The notes below the pieces were generated by a model. That model made no database searches and had not been told where the DNA came from. It worked only from the letters and a program-made list of their open reading frames with translations. From Squalus acanthias (lineage: Eukaryota): a DNA stretch of 64,000 bases. A program made the translations under genes and the position numbers. Below, in pieces: positions 50,617 through 62,960 of this stretch; the stretch's first letter is position 1, and each line of letters starts with the position of its first letter. The stretch covers positions 21,206,001-21,270,000 of the forward strand of contig CM059433.1 in the NCBI GenBank assembly GCA_030390025.1, written 5' to 3'.

Positions 50617-51348
50617 GGGGGAGAAATTCACTATCGTCCCGTTTAGGGCGCTAATTTTTAAAAGTTTAAAAAGTTAGTGACAAGCGCTAACGATTTCAAA
50701 CGTTTGAAAAATTCGCCGTTTGCGCTCCAGGAAGGAAGTGGAGAGCTAAATCAAGCTTCACTTCCTTCTTGGAGTGCAATCAGCAGCAGGCGGGGTGGAG
50801 ACTTCAAAGCGCTGCACACTGGGCCGTGCAGCGCTGCCGCGTTCAAAGGCTCCTTCCCTCCCTTAAAGGGAAGGGCCACCGCTGCAGGTTCTACAATTTA
50901 AAAAGTACCGACCTAGACCACCAAGGCAGCCGCGATCCCGCCCGACCAGCCCAGCACTCAAGCAGAGTGCCGGGCTGATCGATCGTGGGCAGCAACCCGC
51001 GAAAAAAGCTGGAACAAGAAAGGTAAGTTTTTTTTTACTTACCTCGGCCACCTCGCCTTTAATCATCGCCCCGAAGTGGCCGACCACCCGATGCACGCCT
51101 CCTGTAGCTATCGGTGTTTTTGACCGGCGAGGCTGCAGGGGGCGGAAGTCAATTTCGGGTCTGGGAAGCTACCGGGGTGATGCGCATGGCGATGATGTCA
51201 CGATTTCCGGGTGAAGAAGATCGGGGCGCAACGCCGTAGTCCCGCCGCAAAACTCCCGCCGAATATGGCGGGAGTCGATGTCAGTGCGCCCCATTAGTGC
51301 CCCCCAGGGGCACTAACGGGAGGCGCAAAAGCACCCAATTTCACAACC
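50617..51348 (+). mobile_element. GC-rich Harbinger-type MITE (family C)
   Basis: GGGGGAGAAATT / AATTTCACAACC termini, TSD AAC. Confidence 0.72.
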
Positions 51349-51369
51349 AACGTGTCACAAGTGATCACA

Positions 51370-54300
51370 AGCAGACATCCCAAGTGTACAGGAAGTGTCG
51401 TCAGCTGGAGGAGCTCAAGCTCCAGGTTTTGGAGCTGGCGTCACTGCGGTGAATCCGTGAGGCTGCGAGCTACATGGAAAGCACTTTTCAGGAGGTGATC
51501 ACCGCACAGTGTAAGGGTGTGCAGGCAGAGAGGAAATGGGTGACCGTCAGACAGACAAGGAGGATCAGGCAGGTAGTGCAGGAGTCCCCTGAGTGCATCT
51601 CACTCTCCAACCAGTATTCACTGGTAAGGGCAATGGTTCCTCTGGGGAGTGCAGCCAGAGCCAAGTCCATGGCACCATGGGTGGCTCAGCTGTACGGGCG
51701 CGGGGCGGGGGGGGGGGGGGGGGGCGGGGGGGGGGGCGGTGGTGGTGTTAGGAGGCAGATCTAGAAAGCAATAGTGGTAGGGGATTCGATAGAGGAACAG
51801 ACAGGCATTTCTGCAGCCGCAGACATGACTCCAGGATGGTATGTTACCTCCCTGGTGCCAGGGTCAAGGATGTCCCTGAGCGGCTGCAGAACATTCCGAG
51901 GGGGGAGGGTGAACAGCCAGAGGTCGTGGTCCATACTGGTACCAACGACATAGGTAGAAAGAGGGATGAGGTCCTGCAGGCAGATTTTAGGAAGCTAGGA
52001 AAGAGATTAAAAAGCAGGACCTCAAAGGTAGTAATCTCTGGATTACTCCCGGTGCCACGAGCTAGTGAGTATAGAAATAGGAGGATAGAGCAGATGAATG
52101 CGTAGCTGGAGAGATAGTGCAGGACGAAGGGCTTCAGATTCCTGGGACATTGGGACCGGTTCTGGGGGAGGTGGGGCCTATACAGGCTGTACGGGTTGGA
52201 GCTCAACAGAGCCGGAACCAGTGTCCTCGCGGGGAGGTTTGCTAGTGCTGTTGGGGAGGGTTTAAATTAATTTGGCAGGGAGATGGGCACCAGGATGTAG
52301 CATTAGAAAGGAGAAACAAAGTGCACAAAAGATCGGGAGTGACAGATAGCACTGGAGTAAGAAATAGTAAGCTATTAGGTGGGGTCAGACTAAGAGAGAA
52401 TACAAGAAGGCCTAAGATAGGTTTACACAGGATGTATGTGTATAAACGCACGAAGCACAGTAAACAAGGTTGGTGAGTTGCAGGCGTAAATAGCCACATG
52501 ATAATATGATGTCGTGGTGATAACGGAGACCTGGCTCAAAAAAGGGCAGGATTGGGTTTTAAATATTCCTGGATATAAAGTGTTAAGGAAAGATAGGGAA
52601 GGAAAGAAAGGAGGTGGGGTGGCAGTACTGGTTAAGGAGAATGTTACAGTGCTGGACAGAGAAGATGTCAAGGACAGAATCTATTTGATTAGAGTTGAGA
52701 AATAATAGAGGTGGCATGACACTACTAGGTGTATTCTATAGGCCACCAACTAGTGCGAAAGATATAGAGTAGCAAATTAGCAGGGAAATTACAGAGAGGT
52801 GCAAAAACTATAGAGTAGTGATAATGGGGAACTTCAATTATCCTAATATAGACTGGGATAGTAATAGTGTAAAGAGCAGAGACGGGGAAGAATTTCTGAA
52901 GTGTCTTCAGGAGAACTTTCTTGATCAGTACGTTTCCGGCCCAACGAGGAAGGAGGCATTGCTGGATCTGGTTCTGGGGAATGAGGTAGGTCAAGTGGAG
53001 CAAGTGTCATTCGGGGAACAGTGATCAGAGTATCATAAGGTTTAGATTAGCTATGGAAAAGGACATGGAGCAATCTAGAGTAAAAATACTTAATTGGAGG
53101 AAGGCAAATTTCAGTGAGTTGTGAATGGATCTGGCCTGGGTAAATTGGAATCAAAGATTGGCATGCAAAACTGTAATCGAACAATGGGCTGCCTTTAAAG
53201 AGGAGATGGTTCGGGTATAGTCGAGGTACATTCCAACGAGGGGGAAAGGTAGGGCAACCAAAGCCAGAGCTCCCTGGATGACGAAAGGGATAGAGAGTAA
53301 GATGAAGCAGAAAATGAGCGCTTATGACCGATGTCAGGTTGAGAATACAAGTGAGAATCAGGCTGAATATAGAAAGTTCAGAGGGGAAGTGAAAAAGAAA
53401 ATAAGAGGGGCAAAGAGAGCATATGAGAATAGATTGGCAGCTAACATAAAAGGGAATTCAAAAGTCTTCTATAGGCATATAAATAATAAACGGGAAGTAA
53501 GAGGAGGGGTGGGGCTGATTAGGGACCAAAAAGAAGACCTACGCATGGAGGCAAAGGGCATGGCTGAGGCACTAATTGAGTACTTTGCATCTGTCTTCAC
53601 CAAGGACGAAGATGCTGCCAAAGTCATAGTGAAAGAGGAGGTACTGGAGATACTGGTTGAGATAAAAATTGATAGAGAGGAGGTACTAGAAAGGCTGTCT
53701 GTACTTAAAGTTGATAAGTCACCAGGACCGGATGAGATGCATCCTAGGATGCTAAGGGAAGTTAAGGAAGAAATCGCGGAGGTACTAGCCATAATCTTCC
53801 AATCCTCCTTGGATACAGGGGTGATGCCAGAGGACTGGAGAATTGTAATTGTTGCACCCTTGTTCAAAAAAGGGTGTAAGGATAAACCCAGCAACTACAG
53901 GCCAGTCAGTTTAACCTCGGTAGCGGGGAAGCTTTTAGAAACGATAATCAGGGACAAAGTTAACAGTCACTTGGACAAGTTTGGATTAATTAAGAAAAGC
54001 CAGCACGGATTTGTTAAAGGCAAATTGTGTTTAACTAACTTAATCGAGTTTTTTGACGAGGTAACAGAGAGGATTAATGAGGGCAATGCGGTTGATGTGG
54101 TGTACATGGACTTCCAAAAGGCGTTTGATAAAGTGCCACACAATAGGCTTGCCAGCAAAGTTGAAGCCCATGTAATAAAAGGGACAGTGGCAGCATGGAT
54201 ACGAAATTGGCTAAGTGACAGGAAACAGAGAGTAGTGATGAACAATTGTTTTTCAGACTGGAGGAAGGTACACAGTGGTGTTCCACAAGGGTCGGTTCTA

Positions 54301-55170
54301 GGACCACTGCTTTTCTTGATATATATTAATGACTTGGACGTGGGTGTACAGGGCACAATTTCAAAATTTGCAGATGACACAAAACTTGGAAGTATAGTGA
54401 ACAGTGAGGAGGATAGTGATAGACTTCAAGAAGACATAGACAGGCTGGTGAAATGGGCAGATACCTGGCAGATGAAATTTAATGCATAAAAATGTGAAGT
54501 GATACATTTTGGTAGGAAGAACGAGGAGAGGCAATATAAACTAAAGGGCACAATCCTAAAGTGGGTGCATGAGCAGGGAGATCTGGGGGTATCTGTGCAC
54601 AAATCGTTGCAGGTTGCAGGGCAGGTTGAAAATGCGGTTAAAAAAGCTTACAGGATCTTGGGCTTCATGAATAGAGGTATAGAGTACAAAAGCAAGGAAG
54701 TTATGATGAGCCTTTATAAAACACTGGTTCAGCCTCAACTGGGAGTTGAGAAGCTACGGTTGTTCTCCTTAGAGCAGAGAAGGTTGAGAGGAGGTTTGAA
54801 AGAGGTGTTCAAAATCGTGAGTGGTCTCGACAGTGTAGATAGAGAGAAACTGTTCCCATTGGTGGAAGGGTTGAGAACCAGAGGACACAGATTTAAGGTG
54901 ATTGGCAAAAGAACCGAAGGCGATATGAGGAAAAACTTTTTTACACAGCGAGTGATTAGGATCTGGAATGCACTGCCTGAGGGTGGTGGAGGCAGACTCA
55001 ATCATGGTTTTCAAAAGGGAATTAAATAAGTACCTGAAGGAAAAAAATTTGCAGGGCTACAGGGAAAGGTCAGGGGAGTGGGACTAGCTGAAGTGCTCTT
55101 GCAAAGAGCCGGCACGGGCTCGACGGGCCTAATGGCCTCTGTCTGTGCTGTAACCATTCTATGATTCTAT
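51370..55170 (+). mobile_element. Near full-length defective CR1 (ORF1 esterase + ORF2)
   Basis: ORF1 KCRQLEELKLQV and SGNH-type VVGDS / VVVHTGTND; ORF2 ETWL, GNFN, FADD; stops, frameshifts and a deletion near 54740; (ATTCTATG)n tail. Confidence 0.93.
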
Positions 55171-55321
55171 AACAGAAATTTATAAAATTATTTTCATTCC
55201 TGGTATTCTGTCAATAGCTTTTTGACGAGTTTCTATTTGTTTACTTTAGTATAACAAACCTACTGTTATTTTCAAAGGAAATTATTCTCTCACCCCCTTT
55301 TACCTTGTTCTTTTACATAAT

Positions 55322-56081
55322 GGGCCAGAAAATCGGCTTTCCGGCTTCCTGCGGGTGCAAGCATCGCACGCGTACTTGCCTACCGCGCCTGCTGTTGTGC
55401 TTTGGGCCCATGAGGACTTCGGGTCCTGGGCCTCCTGCAGCTGCCAGCGTGCAGTGCTTGTGTATCCCAGGGGTGCAGTTAGTTCGAAGCGTCCCCTGGG
55501 ATCACGTGGGCCATGGAGAGCCAATCCTAACAGGGCATTTTCATTCATAGATTTGACAGGAAGACCTGTCAAATCTATGAATAGAGATCGGCCCCAAAAC
55601 CACACTTAAACTTCAAATATTTTTTTTTAAATCACATTTTTAAAATAACTATAAGTTACATAAATTAACAACATTAAACAAAAATTAAAATTTTTGAAAA
55701 AATTCATTATACTTTTTAACGGTGCTAAAAATAAACTTACCTTTCTTTAAAGTATCTAAAAAAGATAAACCTGTTGAAAAAATGTTTAAATTGTAATTAA
55801 TTAACCACTTACCTTGTTAAAAACAGACCTTGCGCCTCCTTTTTAAAAGTGCAGCTTGTCCATACTTACCCTCCCGGAGAAACCTGAAAAAAAAACGAAG
55901 TTCGCTGCGTGCGCGCTGCCTCTCCCGTGCACGCGTTCGACTTCTGAACCCCTTCCTTCAGGGGAACGGAAGTTCCGGTTTCCTGTGCATGTGCAGTGCA
56001 TGCAGGAAACCGGCACTTCAGGTGGCCTTACGGGTGAGTACACAGCGCGTACTCACCCGACAAGAGCCGAATTTCTGGCCC
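55322..56081 (+). mobile_element. Harbinger-type MITE (family A)
   Basis: TIRs GGGCCAGAAAATCGGC / GCCGAATTTCTGGCCC; TSD AAT. Confidence 0.87.
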
Positions 56082-56221
56082 AATAATTAGGAACCTAGGA
56101 ATTGCTAGACAAAAAAATACCGAAGTCCATCTCGTTCGCCTTCTACCATTCTGGTAGTCGCATGATACAACATTAATGGAGTTGTTGACTAATCATAGCA
56201 ATCAATCTCTATCAATTAAAA

Positions 56222-56655
56222 AGGCTTTCATTGATAGAGCGCCTTTCACAACCTCAGGACATCCCAAAGTGCCAATGAAGTACTTTTGAAGTGTAGACAC
56301 TGTTGTAATGTAGGAATCGCGGAAGCCAATTTGCGCACAACAAGGTTCCAATGAGTTAATGACCAGATAATCTGTTTTTGTGATATTGAGGGATTAATAT
56401 TGGCCAAGACACCAAAGAGAACTCCCATGTTCTTCTTCAAAATGGTGTCATGGAATCTTTTAGGTCCATCTGAGAGGGCAGTCGGAGCCTCGGTTTAATG
56501 TCTCATCTGAAAGAGGGCACCTCCGACAGTGCAACGCTCGCTCAGTAGTGCACCGGAGTATCAGCCTAGGTTTTGTGCTCAAGTCTCTGGAGTAGGACTC
56601 TGAACCCACAACCTTCTGAATCAGAGGTGAGAGTGCTACCACTGAGCCACGGCTA
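56222..56655 (-). mobile_element. Full-length tRNA-derived DeuSINE (SacSINE1-like)
   Basis: Head AGCCGTGGCTCAGTGG (A box) ... GGTTCAGAGTCC (B box), Deu-like core, L2-like tail. Confidence 0.78.
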
Positions 56656-58042
56656 ACACCTAATTAGTCTTCAACAGACCCAGACACGACACGAAGAAAA
56701 CTCCAGTGGTGGAGCGCTTTGGGGACCACAGGTCTGTAGTCATCCTTTCCCCCCCAAGCGTGCTACACTTACCACATGTCACATCTCAAATTACTCATAT
56801 ACTGTATCCCAAAAGTTATAATTAATAGTATCAGGTGAGAGGCCTCCAATAAATAATCTTTTTGCCCAGTTGAATATGTTGGTGGTTGGTGATAATAGAT
56901 GGAGGAGGGGAGTTAAATTTCAACTTTCAATGCAGTACAGGCTCAAAATCGTTGCAGTGAAGTTTTTACAGCGTTAACTTTGCCCATTCTAATTAATTTA
57001 CTCGGCCCATTAACGTAGAGATTTGCTCAAAAAAAATCAACATAAGATTTTACACTTCACCCCAATCCATATTAACATCTTGATTTTTTTTTCTCGGACA
57101 AATAGTCACAGTGTCTCTTTTCCTGCCAAGTTGTGTTGGATTATTCAAGCGAGGGATTAGCAAATCACACTCCAAATCTTCAGAGTTAGAATGAAGGGAT
57201 GGGAGACCTTGTCTTGGATTTCCTGCTCAGCTGAAATAAGCTATGTGGTGGGAACTGTGAAAGTGCTTTGACATTTCACACTCCGGTTTTGATAGTTTCT
57301 GGTGGGTAACAGCGCATATCTGGGTCTTGGCTGAGGACACGATTGCGGTCAGCTGTGACATTGAACAGCTTGGGCAAGGTGCAACAGGACTCCCACTGCC
57401 TGAATCAGCAGCTTCTGAATGGCAGGAGAGAGATAAAGAGAAGGTTGCACTTACAATCATTGGCCAGTGAATCCTCCAAAAAAAACTATGTTGTATTCTG
57501 TCTCATCTGTTTGGGGAGTTCTGCATTTTTTTCGCTTCGAATAAATGACTGCACTAAAATTAATTTTCTCTGAAAAATCCCCTCTCAAAGTCCAGCACTT
57601 TATGCATTCCAGTCAGAGGATTACCTCTAGATGGACCAGAGCAATTTACAGATTTTTCCATTTCTTTTAAGGGACGTTCACAGTTATTCTCTGAGTTAAA
57701 ATGATTCCAGGATAATTCATTTCCAAGAAGACCTTCCATGAACTTAAAAACTGCAGAACTTTCAGACGTTCAAACCCTGATTATTAGTGTTAAGTGTTCC
57801 CATGGAACAATCAGATCACCGACAAAGGTTTAGAGCGTAATAACTGTTGCCCTTTAAGCCTGAGAACTAAAATGTCAATGGGCAATATCATTGGTGAGAA
57901 GATGTAATAGCATGTCACAGTAATGAAGACAAGAATTGCAATAGTACATGTGAAAACAGGCAAACAAGTAGCATCGTGTCTCTATGGCTGTAAAACACTT
58001 TGGGGTGTCTGGAGGTCATGAAAGGCACCGTATAAATGCAAG

Positions 58043-58140
58043 TCTTTCTTCCCTTCTTCCTTTCTTCCTTTCTTCCTTTCTCTCTTTTTCCTTTTTCTCT
58101 CTTTTTCTCTCTTTCTCTCTTTTTCTCTCTTTCTCTCTTT
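58043..58140. repeat. Pyrimidine-rich simple repeat (expanded SINE tail)
   Basis: (TTCC)/(TCTCTTT)n directly after a SINE 3' end (57980-58045). Confidence 0.85.
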
Positions 58141-60029
58141 GTAGTAACAAAAGATTCCAACAAAATACACATTTCTCCACATAACAGGCAGAGTGGCACT
58201 TGCATCGTTATGTGTGCAAGTGACATTACTTGCCATCTGTTCAGTTAAGAGTCACTTTGACGGCAGGATTAACCTTTCACTTAGCATAAACCTGCAGTTA
58301 GGAAAAAACAAAATGCCATAATAACAACTTTCCAATGAACACAATGGCGTAGCATAAGGTAAAGGCAGCTGGATAACACCATTCTGATGGTTGATCCATC
58401 TGCTGATCATAAATTTAAGAATGTAGTTAGTTTGCATTCTCGTCTTGAGTACTGGAGTCATTTACTTAACACGACGTTCTGCAGTTTCAAGTAAAGTTAT
58501 AGTTCAAATATATTTTCCAATTGATGTGATTATTAAAATAATTTACATTTTGGGTTGATTGAAAATATGTTGTATGTTGAGTTAATTAATAAAAGATTGA
58601 AAAAGCATAGCTGGGAAAATGCAAGGATTTTCCAGAAATAAATAGATTTGTTTATTTTGTTATCATGAATTATGTTTTTCAGTGCTTGTCATTCTGAAAC
58701 ATTATCGATGCCAGCTTTCATGCAAATATTCTACATTTCTGTCTCTTTCTTACCATCACTATTGTTTACGTTAAATTGTTCTAACTCGCTATGGGCAAGG
58801 TAACAGCTAGCAGGGCTGCCCCTGTCCGATTTCTAAGAGATGGTGGTTCATGGTATGGTTCCAAGGACACAAGCAGCTCTCCAAGTACTTTGTCCATGTG
58901 TGAGACAGGCAGACCGCTCAACAGAAAAATGGATGATACTGAACTAGAATTGTTTTGTAAGTTTTGGGCTCATCGCGGTGAAGGGTGTTGCTTTCTCACT
59001 CTAGGACCCAGTGTCAGCATTAAGAATTCCCAGGTCAGGTATAGTAAAGTTTCCTGTACTCTGCAACACAAATGTGCCCTAACCACAGAGAAGCATCTGC
59101 CCAGTTGCAGTCTGGCACTTTTCCATTTCTCACACTAGCCATCGTCAGGTCCATCAGTAAAAGAGTGGCAGCATATTAGCGCCAGTTTTGTGCTGTGTCC
59201 AAAACCATCACACAGGAGAGACTTTCATCCCACCATTCTGGGGTAGATTTGAACCCAGTCTCAGAACCCAAACATAACCCAGTTGCCCAAGAATACAGAC
59301 CTTTTACAGCAAGTTCCATGACGTATGCTTAATTTCCGAGACATTGTCAATACTCGTCATAACTTCATTGGTTAGATTAGGTTTGCAGATATAATAGTGG
59401 ATTTTTTTGAGGGGGGTGGCGGGCGGGTGAGGTAAATCAGGTGAAGCAGTAGACATTTTGTCCAACAGTTAAGTTTCAATAAAACACAAAGTGGTTAGAT
59501 TTTAAACATATCTAGTCACCAGCTTGTTTAAAGATTAAGGCCTAGAAATTCCAGTGCACTGAAAACTTGCCGGTGCCACCGTGGGCCGCAGTTAACGGCC
59601 GCCCGAATTAATAGTGCAGGCAGCACTGGCATTTTGATGCTGCCTGCTAATTTAAATTAGCGCAGCACTAAACCTACCGTGCAAGACTGGTTTTCCAGCG
59701 CTACTCTCAGCAGGAGGCCCAGTGCAGCATGGCCATCGCGTCCCTGGAATAAGAACAGCATTATCTTAAAGCAAGGCTGTCATTTTAGAAAGCAGTGTCT
59801 TCTCAGAGGACTGCCTTCTAAAATGAAAATAATAAAAATCATTTAAAAATAGGTAGTTTTTAGCCCTTAGAGCTCAACTGCCTTCGGAAAAGTAACATTA
59901 AAATTAATTCCCAAATGGCAGTCTTAAGCTCTTAAGCTGCATTGAATTCCGCACCTAAAAAAAAATGGGAAAAGTGCTTCAGCACTAACACAAATGGCTC
60001 AGCAAGCCAGTTAAAGGGCACCCAGTGTC

Positions 60030-60222
60030 TTGCATGCAGCACTCCAGCTTTGTGCAGGGGCTCAACACTGCAAGAGAGGTCCTCTACCCACAGGGGCCAG
60101 GAGACCCTCCAGAAAGAAGGATGTGGGACCAGATCACCGAGGCTGTCACTGCCAGCAGTGTCACCCCCTCGAGCTGGCTCCAGTGCCCAAAGAAGCTTCA
60201 TGACCTCAGACCAGTGGTCAAG
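60030..60222 (+). pseudogene. Harbinger Myb/SANT domain exon remnant
   Basis: REVLYPQG...RRMWDQITEAVTASSVTPSSWLQCPKKLHDLRPVVK|gtcagt. Confidence 0.75.
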
Positions 60223-60583
60223 GTCAGTGAATGCATCTTCAAAAGCCATCTCCTACCAACTGCACCACTAGCCTCACACACTTCTCAATGTGTGACTCCC
60301 ACCCCCCCCCATCATTCACCTACCAACAATCTCTACCAAACATGAGGCTCATCTCCGATTCCTAGCTTCACCTCACCCCCTTGGAGGAGACGGTGCTGGC
60401 CATTCTTGGCAGGGGCATGGCTGAGCCCTTGGCCAGTGGCGGGGCTGAAAGGATACAAGATGCCGGTATCCTCATACGTTATCCTTCTTCTCGCTTGCAA
60501 CTCTTGCTTTCCCGCCCTCCCCTCACCTTCTTCTGCGTCTTCTTCTTCTGCTTCGTCCTCTTCTGCGTCTTCTTCCCTCTGCG

Positions 60584-60728
60584 AGCGGATGCTGGAAATC
60601 TGAAATGACAGCATAAAATACTGGAAATACTCAGCAGATCAGGCAGCATCTCGACCTAATACATGAACTTTGTTTCTCTCTCCACGGACGCTGCCTGGTC
60701 TGCTGAGTATTTCCAGCATTTTCTGTCT
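60584..60728. mobile_element. Inverted pair of Penelope-type termini nested in the Harbinger
   Basis: CTGGAAATACTCAGCAGATCAGGCAGC ... GCTGCCTGGTCTGCTGAGTATTTCCAG. Confidence 0.7.
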
Positions 60729-61559
60729 TCTCAGAGGACTTCCTTCACTATGCGAGGCCTTGCAAGCATTTAGCTGCACTCCCTGCACACTTTAAAAACT
60801 TTTACCATCTACTGCCCCAAGCCACTAGTTAAACAAAATATAAAAAATCCAGTCCAAAAGCTTAAATCCAAACTTACCTGAAAGATGTGTGTGACATCTA
60901 ATGCCGACTGACGTCACACTCTGCTTATTTGCATTACTAGGGCCAGCGCTGTATGGTCCTCACTAAAATGGTGGCCGCCGAGTCCCGCACCAGTGGTGGG
61001 CGGAAGTGAGGTGGCCACCATTTTTTTTTTCAAGAAACGGGTCTTAACGGACAGCGTAAGTCCCTGAATTTCTAGGCCTAAGTATCAAAATTTATATTCC
61101 AGTTTTCTCAGGTCTTGATGGAAAATTAAACAGGATTAATTTTCGTTTGCTGGGAATGACACATAATCCTTTGGGGAAATATATTATCTTTTACATTTAC
61201 AACTGCATTCATCATTAACACAAAATCTGTATGATTTCTGAGTTTGAGAGAAGCTGACATTTGCATATGTCACAATTGATTTTCATCACTGTGGATAGTC
61301 ATGGCGCGCATTCATTGCAAAGTCTTTTTTAGTTTGCATATTCATCAATCTGATTTAAATGTAAAGATCTGCTGCTCCAAATGGCATTTTGACACAGAAT
61401 AAACTCCTAGGATTTTCCTTTTACTCACTCAAGGCTTAAGTGGGCAATAACAGTTACCAGAGCTTCATCTGTTGTCTGATTCAAACAAGAACTAAGAAAA
61501 TGTCGTTGGGCCATGGTTGCCAAAAATACTTTGTAATATTTCTCCCTTCCTCACTTTTC

Positions 61560-61950
61560 TTCTCTCCTTTGCTGAAGGCACTGACTGATGCAAGGGCATG
61601 GTGTCATGAGTACTGAGCACTCTTTAGTACCTCATCCGAGTGTCCACACAAAATATTACTAAATACTGTCAATGGGATACTTTATCAACCAAGCTCATCA
61701 TATCCTCACATGACACCAAAATACTGGAACTTTCAAATAAAAGGTCACTTTATCGCAATGAGGATCAGATATACGGCTGATCTTTAGCACTTACCTACCC
61801 CAGCGATACTGACCCCTATTGTACACCCTTGCCTCTGTTACACCTGATGCAAGCTAGCTCGGCAAGACAGGAAATTGAGCCTGAGATTTTTCTGGTCTAT
61901 ACGTCTGAGCTTCACAATAGATAGTGTAATTTCCAACTGAGCCATCACTC
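61560..61950 (-). mobile_element. Degenerate AmnSINE2-like SINE
   Basis: Loose reverse similarity to 49995-50360. Confidence 0.4.
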
Positions 61951-62559
61951 AAAATCATTGTTCATATCAACATTCATATAATTGTGAATTGGGAAAATTA
62001 AGGGAGATAAACTGACTGATAATCCATGGTTTATTTCAAGTAAGCTGAAACATCAGTTATTGTAGCAAATGGGAATTAAATCATGAAGAAAAGTCTTTTG
62101 TTGTTTGTGCTCGCATGCATGTGCAACATTATGCTGCAACATTTTTCTTAAGTTCTGTTTTTAGACATGTTAGTGAAAACCACCTAAGATGCAAGTCTTT
62201 TTGAAGCATTTTCAGAGTAGTTGGAACAGAAGTGTGAAGGGCAGGAGGTAGGCAGACTGTTGGGCAGCCATGATTCCCTCCTTTGTATTGCTGAAAGAAG
62301 CCCAAATATGAATGGGTTGAGTTGACATCAGGAATTCGTGAATACTTCGAGCTCCAACAAGTAACCATTTTGTTACCCAGAAAAAAAATGTGCTGATGTC
62401 ACATGAAACCCAGATCAAATAGGTTGATGACCAACGCCACTGTGTTTATTTGCAAATGAACTTTTATTTTATTAGCCTATTATGTAAAAATGGTATAAAC
62501 CAAGTAGAGATTGTTAAGATCCTAATTCAGCAGTTGAAGAAAACAAAATAAATATATAT

Positions 62560-62960
62560 ATTGCCTTATCACATCTCTAAAAAGTACCTCAAAGTATTTC
62601 ACGCACAAGGAATTACTTTGATGTGCAGTGACTGTTAATATGTAGGCAAACACAGCAACCAGTTTACACACAGCAAGATCCCACCAACAGCAATGAGGTA
62701 AAAGAGCAATTAGTCTGTTTTTAATGGTGTAGGTTGAAGGAGGAATGCGAGCTCAGGCAACTCCCTGTTCCTCTTCAAATAGTGCCATAAAATCTTAAAT
62801 ATGCAACTGAACAACTGTAATAACTGGTTAAATGTCTCATCAAACCGATGATAATTCCAACAGTATAGTGCCCCTTCAGTAATGCATTTACGTGCCAGTC
62901 TAAATTGTGTGCTGAAGCCCTAGAATGGGGCTTGAACCCACATTTTTCTGATTTAGATTT
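62560..62960 (-). mobile_element. Degenerate DeuSINE
   Basis: Collinear with 56222-56655; B-box-like GGTTCAAGCCC on the minus strand. Confidence 0.65.

Larger units (their letters stand above)
59539..61078 (+). mobile_element. Complete non-autonomous Harbinger element with Myb/SANT exons
   Basis: Perfect 13-bp TIR GGCCTAGAAATTC, canonical TSD TAA (59536-59538, 61079-61081), Myb exon homologous to 3420-3609. Confidence 0.9.

Noticed and set aside
51696..51748. Long G run as a functional G-quadruplex or poly-Gly coding tract
   Set aside because: Homopolymer expansion inside a dead CR1 ORF1; its length may also be sequencing error.
56580..56655. tRNA gene
   Set aside because: The A and B boxes belong to a SINE head continuing into a Deu-like core.
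57227..57740. Two short in-frame minus-strand ORFs (59 and 77 aa)
   Set aside because: Separated by stops, no recognisable protein; kept only as part of a repeat-free island.
58252..58291. Strong minus-strand acceptor (TTTTTTCCTAACTGCAG) before VYAK* or FMLSERLILPSK*
   Set aside because: All frames stop quickly and there is no supporting donor or homology; cannot be called.
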